From positions 18,710 to 82,709 of the forward strand of contig JBAZLA010000001.1 in NCBI GenBank assembly GCA_041650515.1: DNA of 64,000 nucleotides. Reading direction: 5' to 3'. The translations under genes and the position numbers were made by a program. This DNA is from Patescibacteria group bacterium (lineage in GTDB: Bacteria; Patescibacteriota; Patescibacteriia; JACRDY01). The notes under the pieces were generated by a model that was given only the letters and a program-made list of their open reading frames with translations, did no database searches and was not told where the DNA came from. Shown one piece after another: positions 47,532 to 56,882 of this stretch (the first letter of the stretch is position 1; each line of letters begins with the position of its first letter).

Positions 47532-47623
47532 AATAAAGCTAGGCCTTTTTGATCTTGCGCCTCTTCAACCAGAACAACCACTTTTTGCCCATGACGATTT
47601 TGAATATTCATTTTCTCCATATA

Positions 47624-48202
47624 TTACTCTTTGGCCCAAAAATCAATATTAAAATCTTTTAGCTTCTCCACTATACTGGCGATTGGCAACCCGACGATGG
47701 CATAAAAATCACCTTCCATTTTATCGATCAACAGACCACCAATCTCCTGTAGGGCATAAGCACCCGCTTTATCCAATATACCACTATGCTGCAAATAACT
47801 ATCAACTATCTTGTCATCTAACTTTTTAAAATAAACTTTTGCTTGGCTAAAATCAGAAAATTCTTGGCTGTCTCTAATAAGACTAAACCCAGTGTACACC
47901 AGATGACTTCGGCCGCTTAGTTTCTGCAACATGACTTTAGCCTCGGCAATATCGCGCGGTTTACCAATTACTTCGTTGCCTAAAACAACAATCGTGTCAC
48001 CGCCCAGTACTACCCGACCGGGATTTTTAGCAGCCACGGTTCGAGCTTTGCCTAAAGATAAAAATTTAACTAGCTCTGATGGCTCTAAATTCAGAGTCAT
48101 ATCTTCTTCGTAGTCGCTCGGTATTACTTCAAAATCGATGCCCATTTTCTCTAAGACCATCTGCCGCCGGGGCGAGATTGAGGCTAAGATGATCTTATCC
48201 AT
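47624..48202 (-). CDS. maf: Maf-like nucleoside triphosphate pyrophosphatase
   Basis: MDKIILASISPRRQ...GGDTIV motifs. Confidence 0.9.
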   Translation of the reverse strand: MDKIILASISPRRQMVLEKMGIDFEVIPSDYEEDMTLNLEPSELVKFLSLGKARTVAAKNPGRVVLGGDTIVVLGNEVIGKPRDIAEAKVMLQKLSGRSHLVYTGFSLIRDSQEFSDFSQAKVYFKKLDDKIVDSYLQHSGILDKAGAYALQEIGGLLIDKMEGDFYAIVGLPIASIVEKLKDFNIDFWAKE

Positions 48203-48208
48203 AATAAT

Positions 48209-48823
48209 TTATTTAATCACCACCTGGCCATCAACAACGTTGATTTTACCTTCAGCAAAAAGCCGAACGGCTCGACAAATTACATCTTGCTCGGCCGCCT
48301 GGACTTTGTTTTTGAGTGACTCAACAGTTTCATCGGACGCGACATCAACTTCTTGCTGCAAAATAATTGGCCCAGCATCAGCTTGCTCGGTAATAAAATG
48401 CAAAGTACAGCCGGTTTTTTTAACGCCAGCCTTGAGTACTTCTTCGTGGACATTCTTATCCATACCGCCAGCAAAAGCGGGCAAAAGCGACGGATGAATG
48501 TTCATGGTTTTATTACCCCAAGCATCCACAAACGACTTGGATAAAAAGCGCATATAGCCGATTAGTAGAACCAGATCAATTTTTTTCTCGGCCAACACCC
48601 TTATTAATTCGCGATCAAACTCCTCGCGGCTCTTGCCGGTGCCATTAATAAAAATCGCTTCGATATTATTTTGCCCAGCTCGGGCTAGGGCGCCCGAGTC
48701 AGCTTTATTGGAAATAAAACAAACAACCTCAGCTGGAATTTTACCGGCCTGAGTTTCTATAATTAACTGCTGCGAGGAAGTGGCATTAGTGGAGGCTAAG
48801 ATAGCGACCCGCAGTTTAGACAT
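48209..48823 (-). CDS. purN: Phosphoribosylglycinamide formyltransferase
   Basis: Formyl_trans_N fold with the NIHPSLLP motif. Confidence 0.9.
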   Translation of the reverse strand: MSKLRVAILASTNATSSQQLIIETQAGKIPAEVVCFISNKADSGALARAGQNNIEAIFINGTGKSREEFDRELIRVLAEKKIDLVLLIGYMRFLSKSFVDAWGNKTMNIHPSLLPAFAGGMDKNVHEEVLKAGVKKTGCTLHFITEQADAGPIILQQEVDVASDETVESLKNKVQAAEQDVICRAVRLFAEGKINVVDGQVVIK

Positions 48824-48883
48824 ATTTAATAAAATTTTTAAATCTATTTAATATCCAATATTCCACACTATTAATAGGGTTGT

Positions 48884-48952
48884 GGGCCTACGCCTGGCGG
48901 CGATATTTAGGGTTGACTCCTGAATACGGGGGTTCGATTCCCCCTGGGTCCA
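48884..48952 (+). other. tRNA-like fragment: intact T-arm (GGGGG-TTCGATT-CCCCC) and acceptor strand with a GGGCCTA 5' partner, but no canonical D-arm or anticodon arm (69 nt); probably a tRNA 3'-half remnant or integration scar
   Basis: gggcctacg...acgggggttcgattccccctgggtcca. No cloverleaf could be completed. Confidence 0.4.
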
Positions 48953-48960
48953 CGCCCCGA

Positions 48961-48990
48961 TTGACAAAGTGATAAAACTAACGATATAAT
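48961..48990 (+). promoter_or_regulatory. Near-perfect sigma70 promoter TTGACA-18-TATAAT with no plus-strand gene downstream
   Basis: ttgacaaagtgataaaactaacgatataat. Confidence 0.5.
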
Positions 48991-48997
48991 AATGATG

Positions 48998-49050
48998 GAG
49001 TCAACCTTGAATACCGCTCAAATCCCCGGCAACGGGGATTTGTTTTGTTT
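48998..49050 (+). ncRNA. Candidate roughly 50-nt small RNA bounded by the consensus promoter and a strong terminator
   Basis: Transcribed region gagtcaaccttgaataccgctc, then terminator aatccccggcaacggggatt plus tgttttgtttt (49021-49050). Its 5' part is reverse-complementary to gttgactcc in the upstream tRNA-like fragment. Confidence 0.3.
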
Positions 49051-50360
49051 TAGCTTTTTAACTCTTCAATATGATCAACCCGCTTTTGCAGTAATGCAGC
49101 CGTACCAATATCTTTTCGATAAAAAATTTTACCCTTGACCGCGGCCACACCAGACTGAGCGATCCTTTCGGCGTCAGCTAAAGTACCAGCCACACCCACC
49201 ATCGCTACCGCGCGCGAACCAGTCATTATCATTTGACCATTTTGTTCCTCAACTGAACCTAAATACATTTTAACGTTTCGAGGAACTGAGCTTAAATCAA
49301 TTGGCTCGCCTTTAAGTGGCGCATCGGGATAACCCTCGGGCACAACATATTTACACACCGTCGCCTGTTCGGAAAATTCTAACTTGATTTTACCTAAAGT
49401 GCCACTAATAATCCGCTGGCAGACTTCTACCAAATCGCTAGCCAGAATCGGCATAATATTCTCGGCCTCGGGATCGCCAAACCGGGCGTTATACTCAATC
49501 AACCGTACGCCATCTTTGGTCACAATAAAACCGCCGTACATTACACCTTTATAAAATTTTCCAGTTTCTTGTTTTATCGCCGCGGCCATCTGACGCGTGA
49601 TCTCTAAACCGACGTTAACATCTTCTGTCTTTAAAAACGGTAATAAATGGTTGGCGTCAGTGTATGAACCCATGCCGCCGGTATTTGGTCCTTGGTCGCC
49701 ATCATAAGCCCGCTTGTGATCCTGGGCCGGTGGCGTCGCTAGTACTGTTACTCCATCAGTTAAACACTGCAAAGAAAATTCTTCACCAACAAATTTTTCT
49801 TCAACCACCACGGCGCCATCTTCTTTAATACATTCCACGGCGTAGTCAAAGCCATCATCAATCCCTTGCAAATGTTCGCCAACTACTTTAACGCCTTTAC
49901 CGCCATGCAAACCATCGGCCTTGACTACAAACTGACCACCGAGCGACTGCATAAATTCTTTGATGCCAATAGTGGACTTAAAAACCTGATAGCGTGGATT
50001 GCCCGGGATATTATATTTTTTCATCAGATTGCGCGTAAATGATTTGGAAGTTTCTAGTTGCGCTAATTCTTGATATGGACCGACGGATGGGATACCGGCT
50101 TTTTCTAAGGCATCAACGACGCCAGTCGAAAGCGGCGCTTCGGGACCCATGATGCTAAAATTAATTTGATTATCCTGAGCAAATTTAACAATTTTATCCA
50201 ATTCGCTATATTTACCAACCTCAAACTTCTCCGACAACGAGATTAAACCCGGATTGCGGCTGGATAAATAAGTAAATAATTTAATATTTTGAGGCGAACG
50301 CTTGAGCGCTTCGGCTATCGCGTGCTCCCGGGCGCCATTACCCACGAGTAGAATATTCAT
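49050..50360 (-). CDS. purD: Phosphoribosylamine-glycine ligase
   Basis: ATP-grasp fold, full-length PurD. Confidence 0.95.
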   Translation of the reverse strand: MNILLVGNGAREHAIAEALKRSPQNIKLFTYLSSRNPGLISLSEKFEVGKYSELDKIVKFAQDNQINFSIMGPEAPLSTGVVDALEKAGIPSVGPYQELAQLETSKSFTRNLMKKYNIPGNPRYQVFKSTIGIKEFMQSLGGQFVVKADGLHGGKGVKVVGEHLQGIDDGFDYAVECIKEDGAVVVEEKFVGEEFSLQCLTDGVTVLATPPAQDHKRAYDGDQGPNTGGMGSYTDANHLLPFLKTEDVNVGLEITRQMAAAIKQETGKFYKGVMYGGFIVTKDGVRLIEYNARFGDPEAENIMPILASDLVEVCQRIISGTLGKIKLEFSEQATVCKYVVPEGYPDAPLKGEPIDLSSVPRNVKMYLGSVEEQNGQMIMTGSRAVAMVGVAGTLADAERIAQSGVAAVKGKIFYRKDIGTAALLQKRVDHIEELKS

Positions 50361-50377
50361 ATTCGTAACATATACAT

Positions 50378-50474
50378 TAGTATGCAGGGATAAGTATGTA
50401 GTATGCAGGGGTTAATCCCCACGAATGGCGGGGCCTAAACCCTGCATACTACATACTATATACTAGATACTGAC
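50378..50474. repeat. Hairpin element with AGTATGC heptamer arms, between purD and purF
   Basis: agtatgcagggataagtatgtagtatgcaggggtt ... aaccctgcatactacatactatatactagatact. Confidence 0.8.
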
Positions 50475-51968
50475 CTAAAACATCATCTGCTCATTAAGCG
50501 GGATTTTATCTTGTTTAGCCTTATCGGCTGAACGCTCTTCTTCAATCTGCTGTAAGACCTTTTCATCAACATCGCCAGTTGGGTATTCACCACTAAAGCA
50601 GGCTGTGCAGAGTTTAATAATTTTATGATCGCCTTTACGAGTAACCGCCTCAACTAAATCACTTAAATCCTGATAAATCAAAGCATCAGCGCCAATACTT
50701 TTACAGATTTCTTCTTCGTTTAGATTATTAGCAACAAATTCCGCCCGGGTCGGCATATCAATGCCATAGACACACGGCCAGCGTAAGGCTGGCGCGGTCG
50801 AAGCCAGATAAACTTTTTTGGCACCATGTTTACGCACCAGACTAACAATCTGCTGTGAAGTATTACCACGAACGATACTGTCATCAACAATCAAAACATT
50901 CTTATCATTAATCTCTAGATCAATCGGCGATAGTTTGTGACGGACTGATTTTTTACGTTCAGCCTGACCAGGCATAATAAAGGTGCGGCCAATAAACTGA
51001 TTTTTGACTAAACCTTCAGTATAACGGACACCCAGATTATGGGCACAAGACAACGCCGCCACATTAGCCGTCGAGGGTGCAGGTATTACTACATCAATCG
51101 GCAAGTCGGGGTAGAGTTTCCTGATTTTATTAGCTAAATTTTGGCCCATGCGCAGCCGTGCTCGATGAACGCTCACCCGATCCAACATGGCATCCGGTCG
51201 CGCGAAATAGACATACTCAAAAATACAAGGTCGGCGTTCTTTCTGACCAACAATCTTGCTGTGGACTTCGTGTTTGGTATCAATGAAGATCACCTCACCT
51301 GGCTCAACATCACGAACATACTCAAACCCCAAAATATTAAACATCGTGTTTTCGGAAGCAAAAATATATTCGATTTGAAAATCTTTTTCCCGTTTACCCA
51401 TCACTAGTGGCTTGATGCCATAAGGATCGCGAAAAACCAACAAACCTTTATTAGCAATATAAGCTACCGAAGAATAAGCACCTTTAGCTCTTCTATAAAT
51501 CGTTTCCACGGCTTTAAAAACATCAGCCTCAAAATTTTTACCATTATTCCGGCGCAGACCATCTGCGAGAAGATTAAGCAAAATTTCGGCGTCACAGTTA
51601 GAGTTAACATGACGGAGATCTTTCTCACTTAGTTCTTGCTTTAACTGAGTAAAATTATGGAGGTTGCCATTATGAGCTAAGGTGATACCATAGGGCGACT
51701 CAACATAGAACGGCTGAGCGTCTTCATAATTATTTCCACCAACAGTAACGTAACGAACATGACCAATACCCACATTACCTTTAAGCCGCATAACGTCTTT
51801 CTCCCGAAAAATATCACGCACTAAACCCAACCCTTTTTTCATATGAAACTGACCATCAAAAGTACAGATGCCACAAGCATCTTGACCGCGATGTTGTAAA
51901 GCTAAAAGACCATCATAGATATCAACCACTGCGTCTTTATTAGCCATGATCCCGACGATACCACACAT
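50475..51968 (-). CDS. purF: Amidophosphoribosyltransferase
   Basis: N-terminal MCGIVGI nucleophile plus a PRTase domain. Confidence 0.95.
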   Translation of the reverse strand: MCGIVGIMANKDAVVDIYDGLLALQHRGQDACGICTFDGQFHMKKGLGLVRDIFREKDVMRLKGNVGIGHVRYVTVGGNNYEDAQPFYVESPYGITLAHNGNLHNFTQLKQELSEKDLRHVNSNCDAEILLNLLADGLRRNNGKNFEADVFKAVETIYRRAKGAYSSVAYIANKGLLVFRDPYGIKPLVMGKREKDFQIEYIFASENTMFNILGFEYVRDVEPGEVIFIDTKHEVHSKIVGQKERRPCIFEYVYFARPDAMLDRVSVHRARLRMGQNLANKIRKLYPDLPIDVVIPAPSTANVAALSCAHNLGVRYTEGLVKNQFIGRTFIMPGQAERKKSVRHKLSPIDLEINDKNVLIVDDSIVRGNTSQQIVSLVRKHGAKKVYLASTAPALRWPCVYGIDMPTRAEFVANNLNEEEICKSIGADALIYQDLSDLVEAVTRKGDHKIIKLCTACFSGEYPTGDVDEKVLQQIEEERSADKAKQDKIPLNEQMMF

Positions 51969-52050
51969 AATATAGTAAATTTAAGAATTAAGATTCAAGA
52001 TCAAAGAAAAATTAACATCCTTAGATCGTAAATTTTGAATCCTAAATTTA

Positions 52051-53424
52051 CTATTTAACCAACCTCTTTACTAACTCAACTGATAAACCAATATATGTCT
52101 CCGGGGTTAGCTCTAATAACTTTTCTTTCTCTTTTTTATCAATCTCTAAACCCTTAATGAACTGGCACATTATTTCTTTTGTCACTTTCTCGCCCCGCGT
52201 TAGTTCTTTCAACTTTTCATACGGTTTCTGATAGCCAAGCTTACGCAGAGTGGTTTGGACGGCTTCAGCTAGAACTTCCCAATGGTTATCTAGCTCAACC
52301 CGAATACTCTTGGTATCAACCTCTAATTTTTCTAAACCAGTCAAAGTATTTTGATAAGCAACTAAACTATAAGCTAAAGCCACACCCTGATTACGTGAAA
52401 CAGTACTGTCGGTTAAATCGCGCTGCAACCGGCTAACCGGCAGTTTATCCGCCATAAACCGCAGTAGGCTATTGGCTAACCCCAGATTACCTTCGCTGTT
52501 TTCAAAATTAATCGGATTGACCTTGTGGGGCATAGTTGAAGAGCCAACTTCGCCGGCTTTCTTGTGTAGCTTAAAAACACCACGGCTAATATAGAGCCAC
52601 ATATCTTGATCCAAGTCTTTGACTATATTATTAGTCCGAGCAATGGCATCATACATCATCGCACTAACATCGTGTGATTCAATCTGGGTGGTAAGTAAAT
52701 TGGGGTTAAAACCCAGCAACTTAATAAAACGCTCAGAAAATTTGAGCCAATCAACCTGCGGGTAAACTAAATTAGCCGCCGCGTAATTACCCACGGCGCC
52801 ATTAAGTTTACCTTCTAATTTAATTGCTCGCAGCTGGTCTAGACTGCGCGACAAACGAGAATAAAATACGGCCATTTCTTTACCCAGAGTCGTTGGTGTC
52901 GCGGGCTGGCCATGGGTTAGGGCTAATAACGCCACACCACGGTTGGCCTGAGCTAATCTTTTGATTACTTTTAAAATATCCTCAATAGCTGGAATAATCT
53001 CTTTTTCTACTCCGTTCCGGAGCATCAAAGTATAAGCTAAATTATTAACATCTTCGCTAGTTAGGCCAAAATGAACAAACTCTAAATTCTTGGTTATTTT
53101 TAGCGCGGTCAATTTTTCTTTAATAAAATATTCCACTGCCTTAACATCATGATTAGTGGTTTTCTCAATCTCCTTGATTCGTTCCGCGTCGGCTAGACAA
53201 AACTTAATATACAAGTTGACTATTTTTTTAGTCTCCTGACTATTATACCTTTTAACTTCTTTGATCTGTGGTTCCCGACCCAAGGCTAATAAATATTCAA
53301 CTTCAACCAACACTCGATATTTCATTAAAGCACCTTCACAAAAATAACCAGCTAATTTACCGATTTGATTAGCATAGCGGCCATCAAGGGGAGAAATTGT
53401 CTGAAGCGAATTTAAGGTCGACAT
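52051..53424 (-). CDS. purB: Adenylosuccinate lyase
   Basis: Lyase_1 fold with the SSTMPHKVNP signature. Confidence 0.95.
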   Translation of the reverse strand: MSTLNSLQTISPLDGRYANQIGKLAGYFCEGALMKYRVLVEVEYLLALGREPQIKEVKRYNSQETKKIVNLYIKFCLADAERIKEIEKTTNHDVKAVEYFIKEKLTALKITKNLEFVHFGLTSEDVNNLAYTLMLRNGVEKEIIPAIEDILKVIKRLAQANRGVALLALTHGQPATPTTLGKEMAVFYSRLSRSLDQLRAIKLEGKLNGAVGNYAAANLVYPQVDWLKFSERFIKLLGFNPNLLTTQIESHDVSAMMYDAIARTNNIVKDLDQDMWLYISRGVFKLHKKAGEVGSSTMPHKVNPINFENSEGNLGLANSLLRFMADKLPVSRLQRDLTDSTVSRNQGVALAYSLVAYQNTLTGLEKLEVDTKSIRVELDNHWEVLAEAVQTTLRKLGYQKPYEKLKELTRGEKVTKEIMCQFIKGLEIDKKEKEKLLELTPETYIGLSVELVKRLVK

Positions 53425-53433
53425 ATATTCTAA

Positions 53434-53883
53434 TTAAAATTTAGCCTTCATCTTTTTAATCGCCGCGTTGGTTTTCGTTTTTAACTTTTTATCGGCTAAA
53501 CCCAAAATGCGAATCGCGGCCAAAGCGGCGTTAGCCGGATCAAGCACCATCAAGACCGGAGTATCAGAGGGCATCTGCAAAGTTGAATGCATATTTAATA
53601 AACAATCTTCTTTGGATTTAAACGGCGGACAGGCAATCACCGGATGGATTGAATTAGCCGCCACCACACCGGACAGACCATTGGACCGGCCGGCAATCGT
53701 AATATAGCAAATCGCTTCATCACTCGTATTATGTTTTCTAATAATAGCTAAGACTTTCTCCGGCACTTTATGCGCCGAAGCCACGTGTAGAGCGTGTTTA
53801 ACGCCAAATTGGTTTAAAACGGAAATAATTTTTTGGGCGTGCTCTTTATCAGACTCACTGCCCATGATTATTGGGACTAACAT
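53434..53883 (-). CDS. purE: N5-CAIR mutase / PurE
   Basis: IIMGSESD ... AGRSNGL motifs. Confidence 0.9.
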   Translation of the reverse strand: MLVPIIMGSESDKEHAQKIISVLNQFGVKHALHVASAHKVPEKVLAIIRKHNTSDEAICYITIAGRSNGLSGVVAANSIHPVIACPPFKSKEDCLLNMHSTLQMPSDTPVLMVLDPANAALAAIRILGLADKKLKTKTNAAIKKMKAKF

Positions 53884-53895
53884 AAGTTTAAAAAA

Positions 53896-54384
53896 TTAAT
53901 TGATTTCTTCAAAATCACCGGTTTTAGTATTTTTGGTTACCTTACCGCCGACAAAACATTTACCATTCATAGTGACATAAGCGCCGAAGGGTAATGTTTG
54001 GACAAAAGCCATAGCACAGCCTAGATTAAATAAACCATCAGAACTACCAAAGGCGTATGGCGACATTGCCCCAGTCAAAACAATAGTCTTGTCCTTAACA
54101 TTCTCGTTCAAAAGCCTGGCTGTATCTTCCATATGGCTAGTGCCGTGGGTAACAATAATTTTATCCTCCGGGCATTCTTTGCATTGCTTCACAATTAATT
54201 GCTGATCTTCGGCAGTCATATTTAGACTATCGATCAACATTAAATTCTTAACCTCAACCTCAATGCGGCATCTGCCCCGAACTAACATCTGGGGTAAGTG
54301 AGTTTCTTTAAAGACCAATTTTTCCGTTATCTCATCATATTCCTTATCAAAAGTCCCGCCGGTAACAAAAATTTTGATTTTCAT
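53896..54384 (-). CDS. Single-domain L-asparaginase-like protein (N-terminal catalytic domain only, 162 aa) embedded in the pur cluster
   Basis: VTGGTFD (Thr nucleophile), THGTSHMEDTA and LTGAMSP motifs of the asparaginase/GatD family. No C-terminal domain. Confidence 0.55.
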   Translation of the reverse strand: MKIKIFVTGGTFDKEYDEITEKLVFKETHLPQMLVRGRCRIEVEVKNLMLIDSLNMTAEDQQLIVKQCKECPEDKIIVTHGTSHMEDTARLLNENVKDKTIVLTGAMSPYAFGSSDGLFNLGCAMAFVQTLPFGAYVTMNGKCFVGGKVTKNTKTGDFEEIN

Positions 54385-54431
54385 AGATTTTGATTAAATT
54401 CGCTGATTAAAGAACTCTAAATGAATCTTCA

Positions 54432-55409
54432 TTATACCTTACCGAAGTACTTCCGTAAATTCTGCTCTAGCCGCTGATTGGTATCTAAACCGGCGATTGG
54501 AAATTCAAAATTTTGGCCGGTTAATTTTTCATAAATATCAATATAGCGATAAGATAATTCAATCACTAAATCGTCCGGCGCTTCGGGCAAAACTTCGTCT
54601 TTGTACGGATCACAGTGCTCGCGAAACCACAACCGTAAAAATTCTTTATCAAAATATTCTGGCTCTTGGCCGGCCTTAACCCGTTCTTCGTAGCTATTTA
54701 AAACCCACCAACGCGATGAATCCGGCGTATGAATCTCGTCAACCAAAATTATCTGGCCATCAGACGTTTTACCAAACTCATATTTAGTATCCACCAAAAT
54801 TAAACCAGCTTTAGCCGCTAATTCCTGCCCGCGCGCAAAAAGCTGACGAGTGTAATCTGCCGCTTTATCCCAATCTTCTTGGCTCATTAGACCTTCGCTG
54901 ATAATTTCGGCTGACGAAATTTTGCGATCATGCTCATCTGATTTAGTCGTCGGTGTAATCAGCGGCTGATCAAATTTTTGATTTTTCTTTAAACCATCAG
55001 GCAAAACATTGCCACAAAATTGCCGTTCACCTTTTCCATAGGCCGTCCAAACTGCCGTGCTGGTCACACCGGTTAAATAACCGCGAATTACAAACTCCAC
55101 GGGAAAAATTTGGCACTTTTTACCCACTGTGACGTTGGGATCAGGCACAGCAAAAACGTGATTTGGCACAATATCTCTAGTTTGTTCGAACCACCAGGCT
55201 GAGGTTAAATTTAAAACTTGGCCTTTAAATGGCACCGAAGCCAAAATCCGATCAAAAGCTGACTGCCGATCGGTGGTAACTAGAACTAATTTATCCCCCA
55301 AATCATAAGTATCGCGCACTTTGCCGCGACGTTTACTACCTAGCCACGACAAATCTGTCTCAGTTAGACAATTTTTTAGACTGGCTTTGATTAGTTCCTT
55401 CTTATTCAT
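54432..55409 (-). CDS. purC: SAICAR synthetase (long form)
   Basis: GKVRDTYDLGDKLVLVTTDRQSAFD motif. Confidence 0.9.
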   Translation of the reverse strand: MNKKELIKASLKNCLTETDLSWLGSKRRGKVRDTYDLGDKLVLVTTDRQSAFDRILASVPFKGQVLNLTSAWWFEQTRDIVPNHVFAVPDPNVTVGKKCQIFPVEFVIRGYLTGVTSTAVWTAYGKGERQFCGNVLPDGLKKNQKFDQPLITPTTKSDEHDRKISSAEIISEGLMSQEDWDKAADYTRQLFARGQELAAKAGLILVDTKYEFGKTSDGQIILVDEIHTPDSSRWWVLNSYEERVKAGQEPEYFDKEFLRLWFREHCDPYKDEVLPEAPDDLVIELSYRYIDIYEKLTGQNFEFPIAGLDTNQRLEQNLRKYFGKV

Positions 55410-55421
55410 AATTCGTAATTC

Positions 55422-56750
55422 TTAATTCGTAATTATTTTCTGTATTTCCTGTGAATAAGGATTAGCTAAAATATTTTTTTGAATTACTTCTTGAATCTTA
55501 TTTTCTGGACCAGTTAATTGCCATAGGGTGCGCTTGGTGACCCTACCCACACCTTTAATACCCAGCCGCTCGGTCAAGGTCCCGAGTTTACTTTGGCCAA
55601 TCACATCATCTTTATATTTAACTAAATAATTGGCCGCCTGATTCACTATTTCGGCTTGATCTATATCTGACCAACTACCATCTTTATTAAATTTTTTAAG
55701 TCCAGCGGGAAATTTAACGTAAGCAATTTCCTTACTGGTATTAAGCAGTTCATTTGATAAAATAATTTCCTTGATGAGCTGTCGACTGTTGGCTGTTGGC
55801 TGTTGGCTAAGCTCAACTTCCCAGTGACTTTTCTTTTTAATATCAACATCGGTATAACCTAGACGTTTAACCGCGCTATCCAGCGTCCGCGCCTCATTAT
55901 CAGTAATAATTAAATCCACAAAAATCTCCACCGAGTTCGGCGCCGGTTGATAAACCGACAACTCACTAACCTCTTTAGGCTGGTATTCTAACTTTTGACT
56001 TTTGACTTTTGACTTTTGACTTATATATTCCCGCAAGCTCTCAAAAATACACTGCCCGTCAGCCGTCCGCTCGGGGTGCGGCATAATCGCCATGACATTA
56101 CCCACGGGATTGCAAACAGCGGCTAAATTGTAAATCGCGCCATTGGGGTTAGTGGGAAAATCTTCTTTAATCTGACCCTGCTCGTCACAGTAGCGCCAAA
56201 CAGTCTGACCGTTCTGAATCAATTCTTGGAGTAAACTTTCTTCCATCATAAACCGACCTTCACCATGAGCCACCGGTAAACGAAAACGATGTTCTTTTTC
56301 TATATTATAGTTAAAAGCACAGCGACCCTTGGGCACGTCATTCTTAATATTAACCCAGGTGTTATAGAAACCAGTTCCCAGCACTTTGCCGTCTTGGATC
56401 CGTTTATTAACTGCCAGTGCCGCGGCTAATTTCTCGCCGGTCACTCCTGGCACTAAGCCAGATTCCAGAACAATCTGAGCACCATTACAAATCCCTAATA
56501 CTGGCTTACCCTTAACGGCTTGCGACTTAATCACCGCCATCAATGGATCAAGCGAGGCAATCATTCCCGACCGCACCCGGTCTTCATAACTAAAACCGCC
56601 GGGGATGATATAACCGTCGTAATTATCTAGTTTGCTATAATCATCATTCCAACGAAAAAACTCACCCTGCATGCCCGCAGCGTTAACCGCCCGCCGAGTT
56701 TCATACTCGCAGTTTAGACCGGGAAATTGAATTATGGCAATTTTGATCAT
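55422..56750 (-). CDS. purQ: FGAM synthase PurQ (glutaminase) fused to C-terminal PurS-like domain(s)
   Basis: N-terminus IKIAIIQFPGLNCEY with the GICNGAQ Cys motif. C-terminus VEIFVDLIITDNEARTLDSAVKRLGY...ANPYSQE is PurS-like. The linker is encoded by a (CTTTTGA)x4 array. The true start is the ATG at 56750; the supplied ORF runs on into the palindromic element. Confidence 0.85.
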   Translation of the reverse strand: MIKIAIIQFPGLNCEYETRRAVNAAGMQGEFFRWNDDYSKLDNYDGYIIPGGFSYEDRVRSGMIASLDPLMAVIKSQAVKGKPVLGICNGAQIVLESGLVPGVTGEKLAAALAVNKRIQDGKVLGTGFYNTWVNIKNDVPKGRCAFNYNIEKEHRFRLPVAHGEGRFMMEESLLQELIQNGQTVWRYCDEQGQIKEDFPTNPNGAIYNLAAVCNPVGNVMAIMPHPERTADGQCIFESLREYISQKSKVKSQKLEYQPKEVSELSVYQPAPNSVEIFVDLIITDNEARTLDSAVKRLGYTDVDIKKKSHWEVELSQQPTANSRQLIKEIILSNELLNTSKEIAYVKFPAGLKKFNKDGSWSDIDQAEIVNQAANYLVKYKDDVIGQSKLGTLTERLGIKGVGRVTKRTLWQLTGPENKIQEVIQKNILANPYSQEIQKIITN

Positions 56751-56757
56751 ATCTTTA

Positions 56758-56878
56758 GTCCCTCCCCTTTCTAAGGGGAGGGCAGGTGGGGTTGGCCGAG
56801 GTTTCGGTGGTAGTTCTAAGATAATTACCACCTTAGTCTCCGGCAACCTCCCCTAGCCCCTCCTTGGAAAGGAGGGGA
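56758..56878. repeat. Palindromic multi-hairpin GC element, second copy of the 43574 family
   Basis: ccctccccTTTCTAaggggaggg and ccccTCCTTGGAAAggagggg hairpins, and shared aaggggaggNcaRggtggggt. Confidence 0.7.
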
Positions 56879-56882
56879 ATAT

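Noticed and set aside
56751-56846. Pro-rich N-terminal 32 codons of the purQ ORF (MPETKVVIILELPPKPRPTPPALPLERGGTKD)
   Set aside because: Encoded by the palindromic GC element. The conserved PurQ N-terminus begins at the ATG at 56750.
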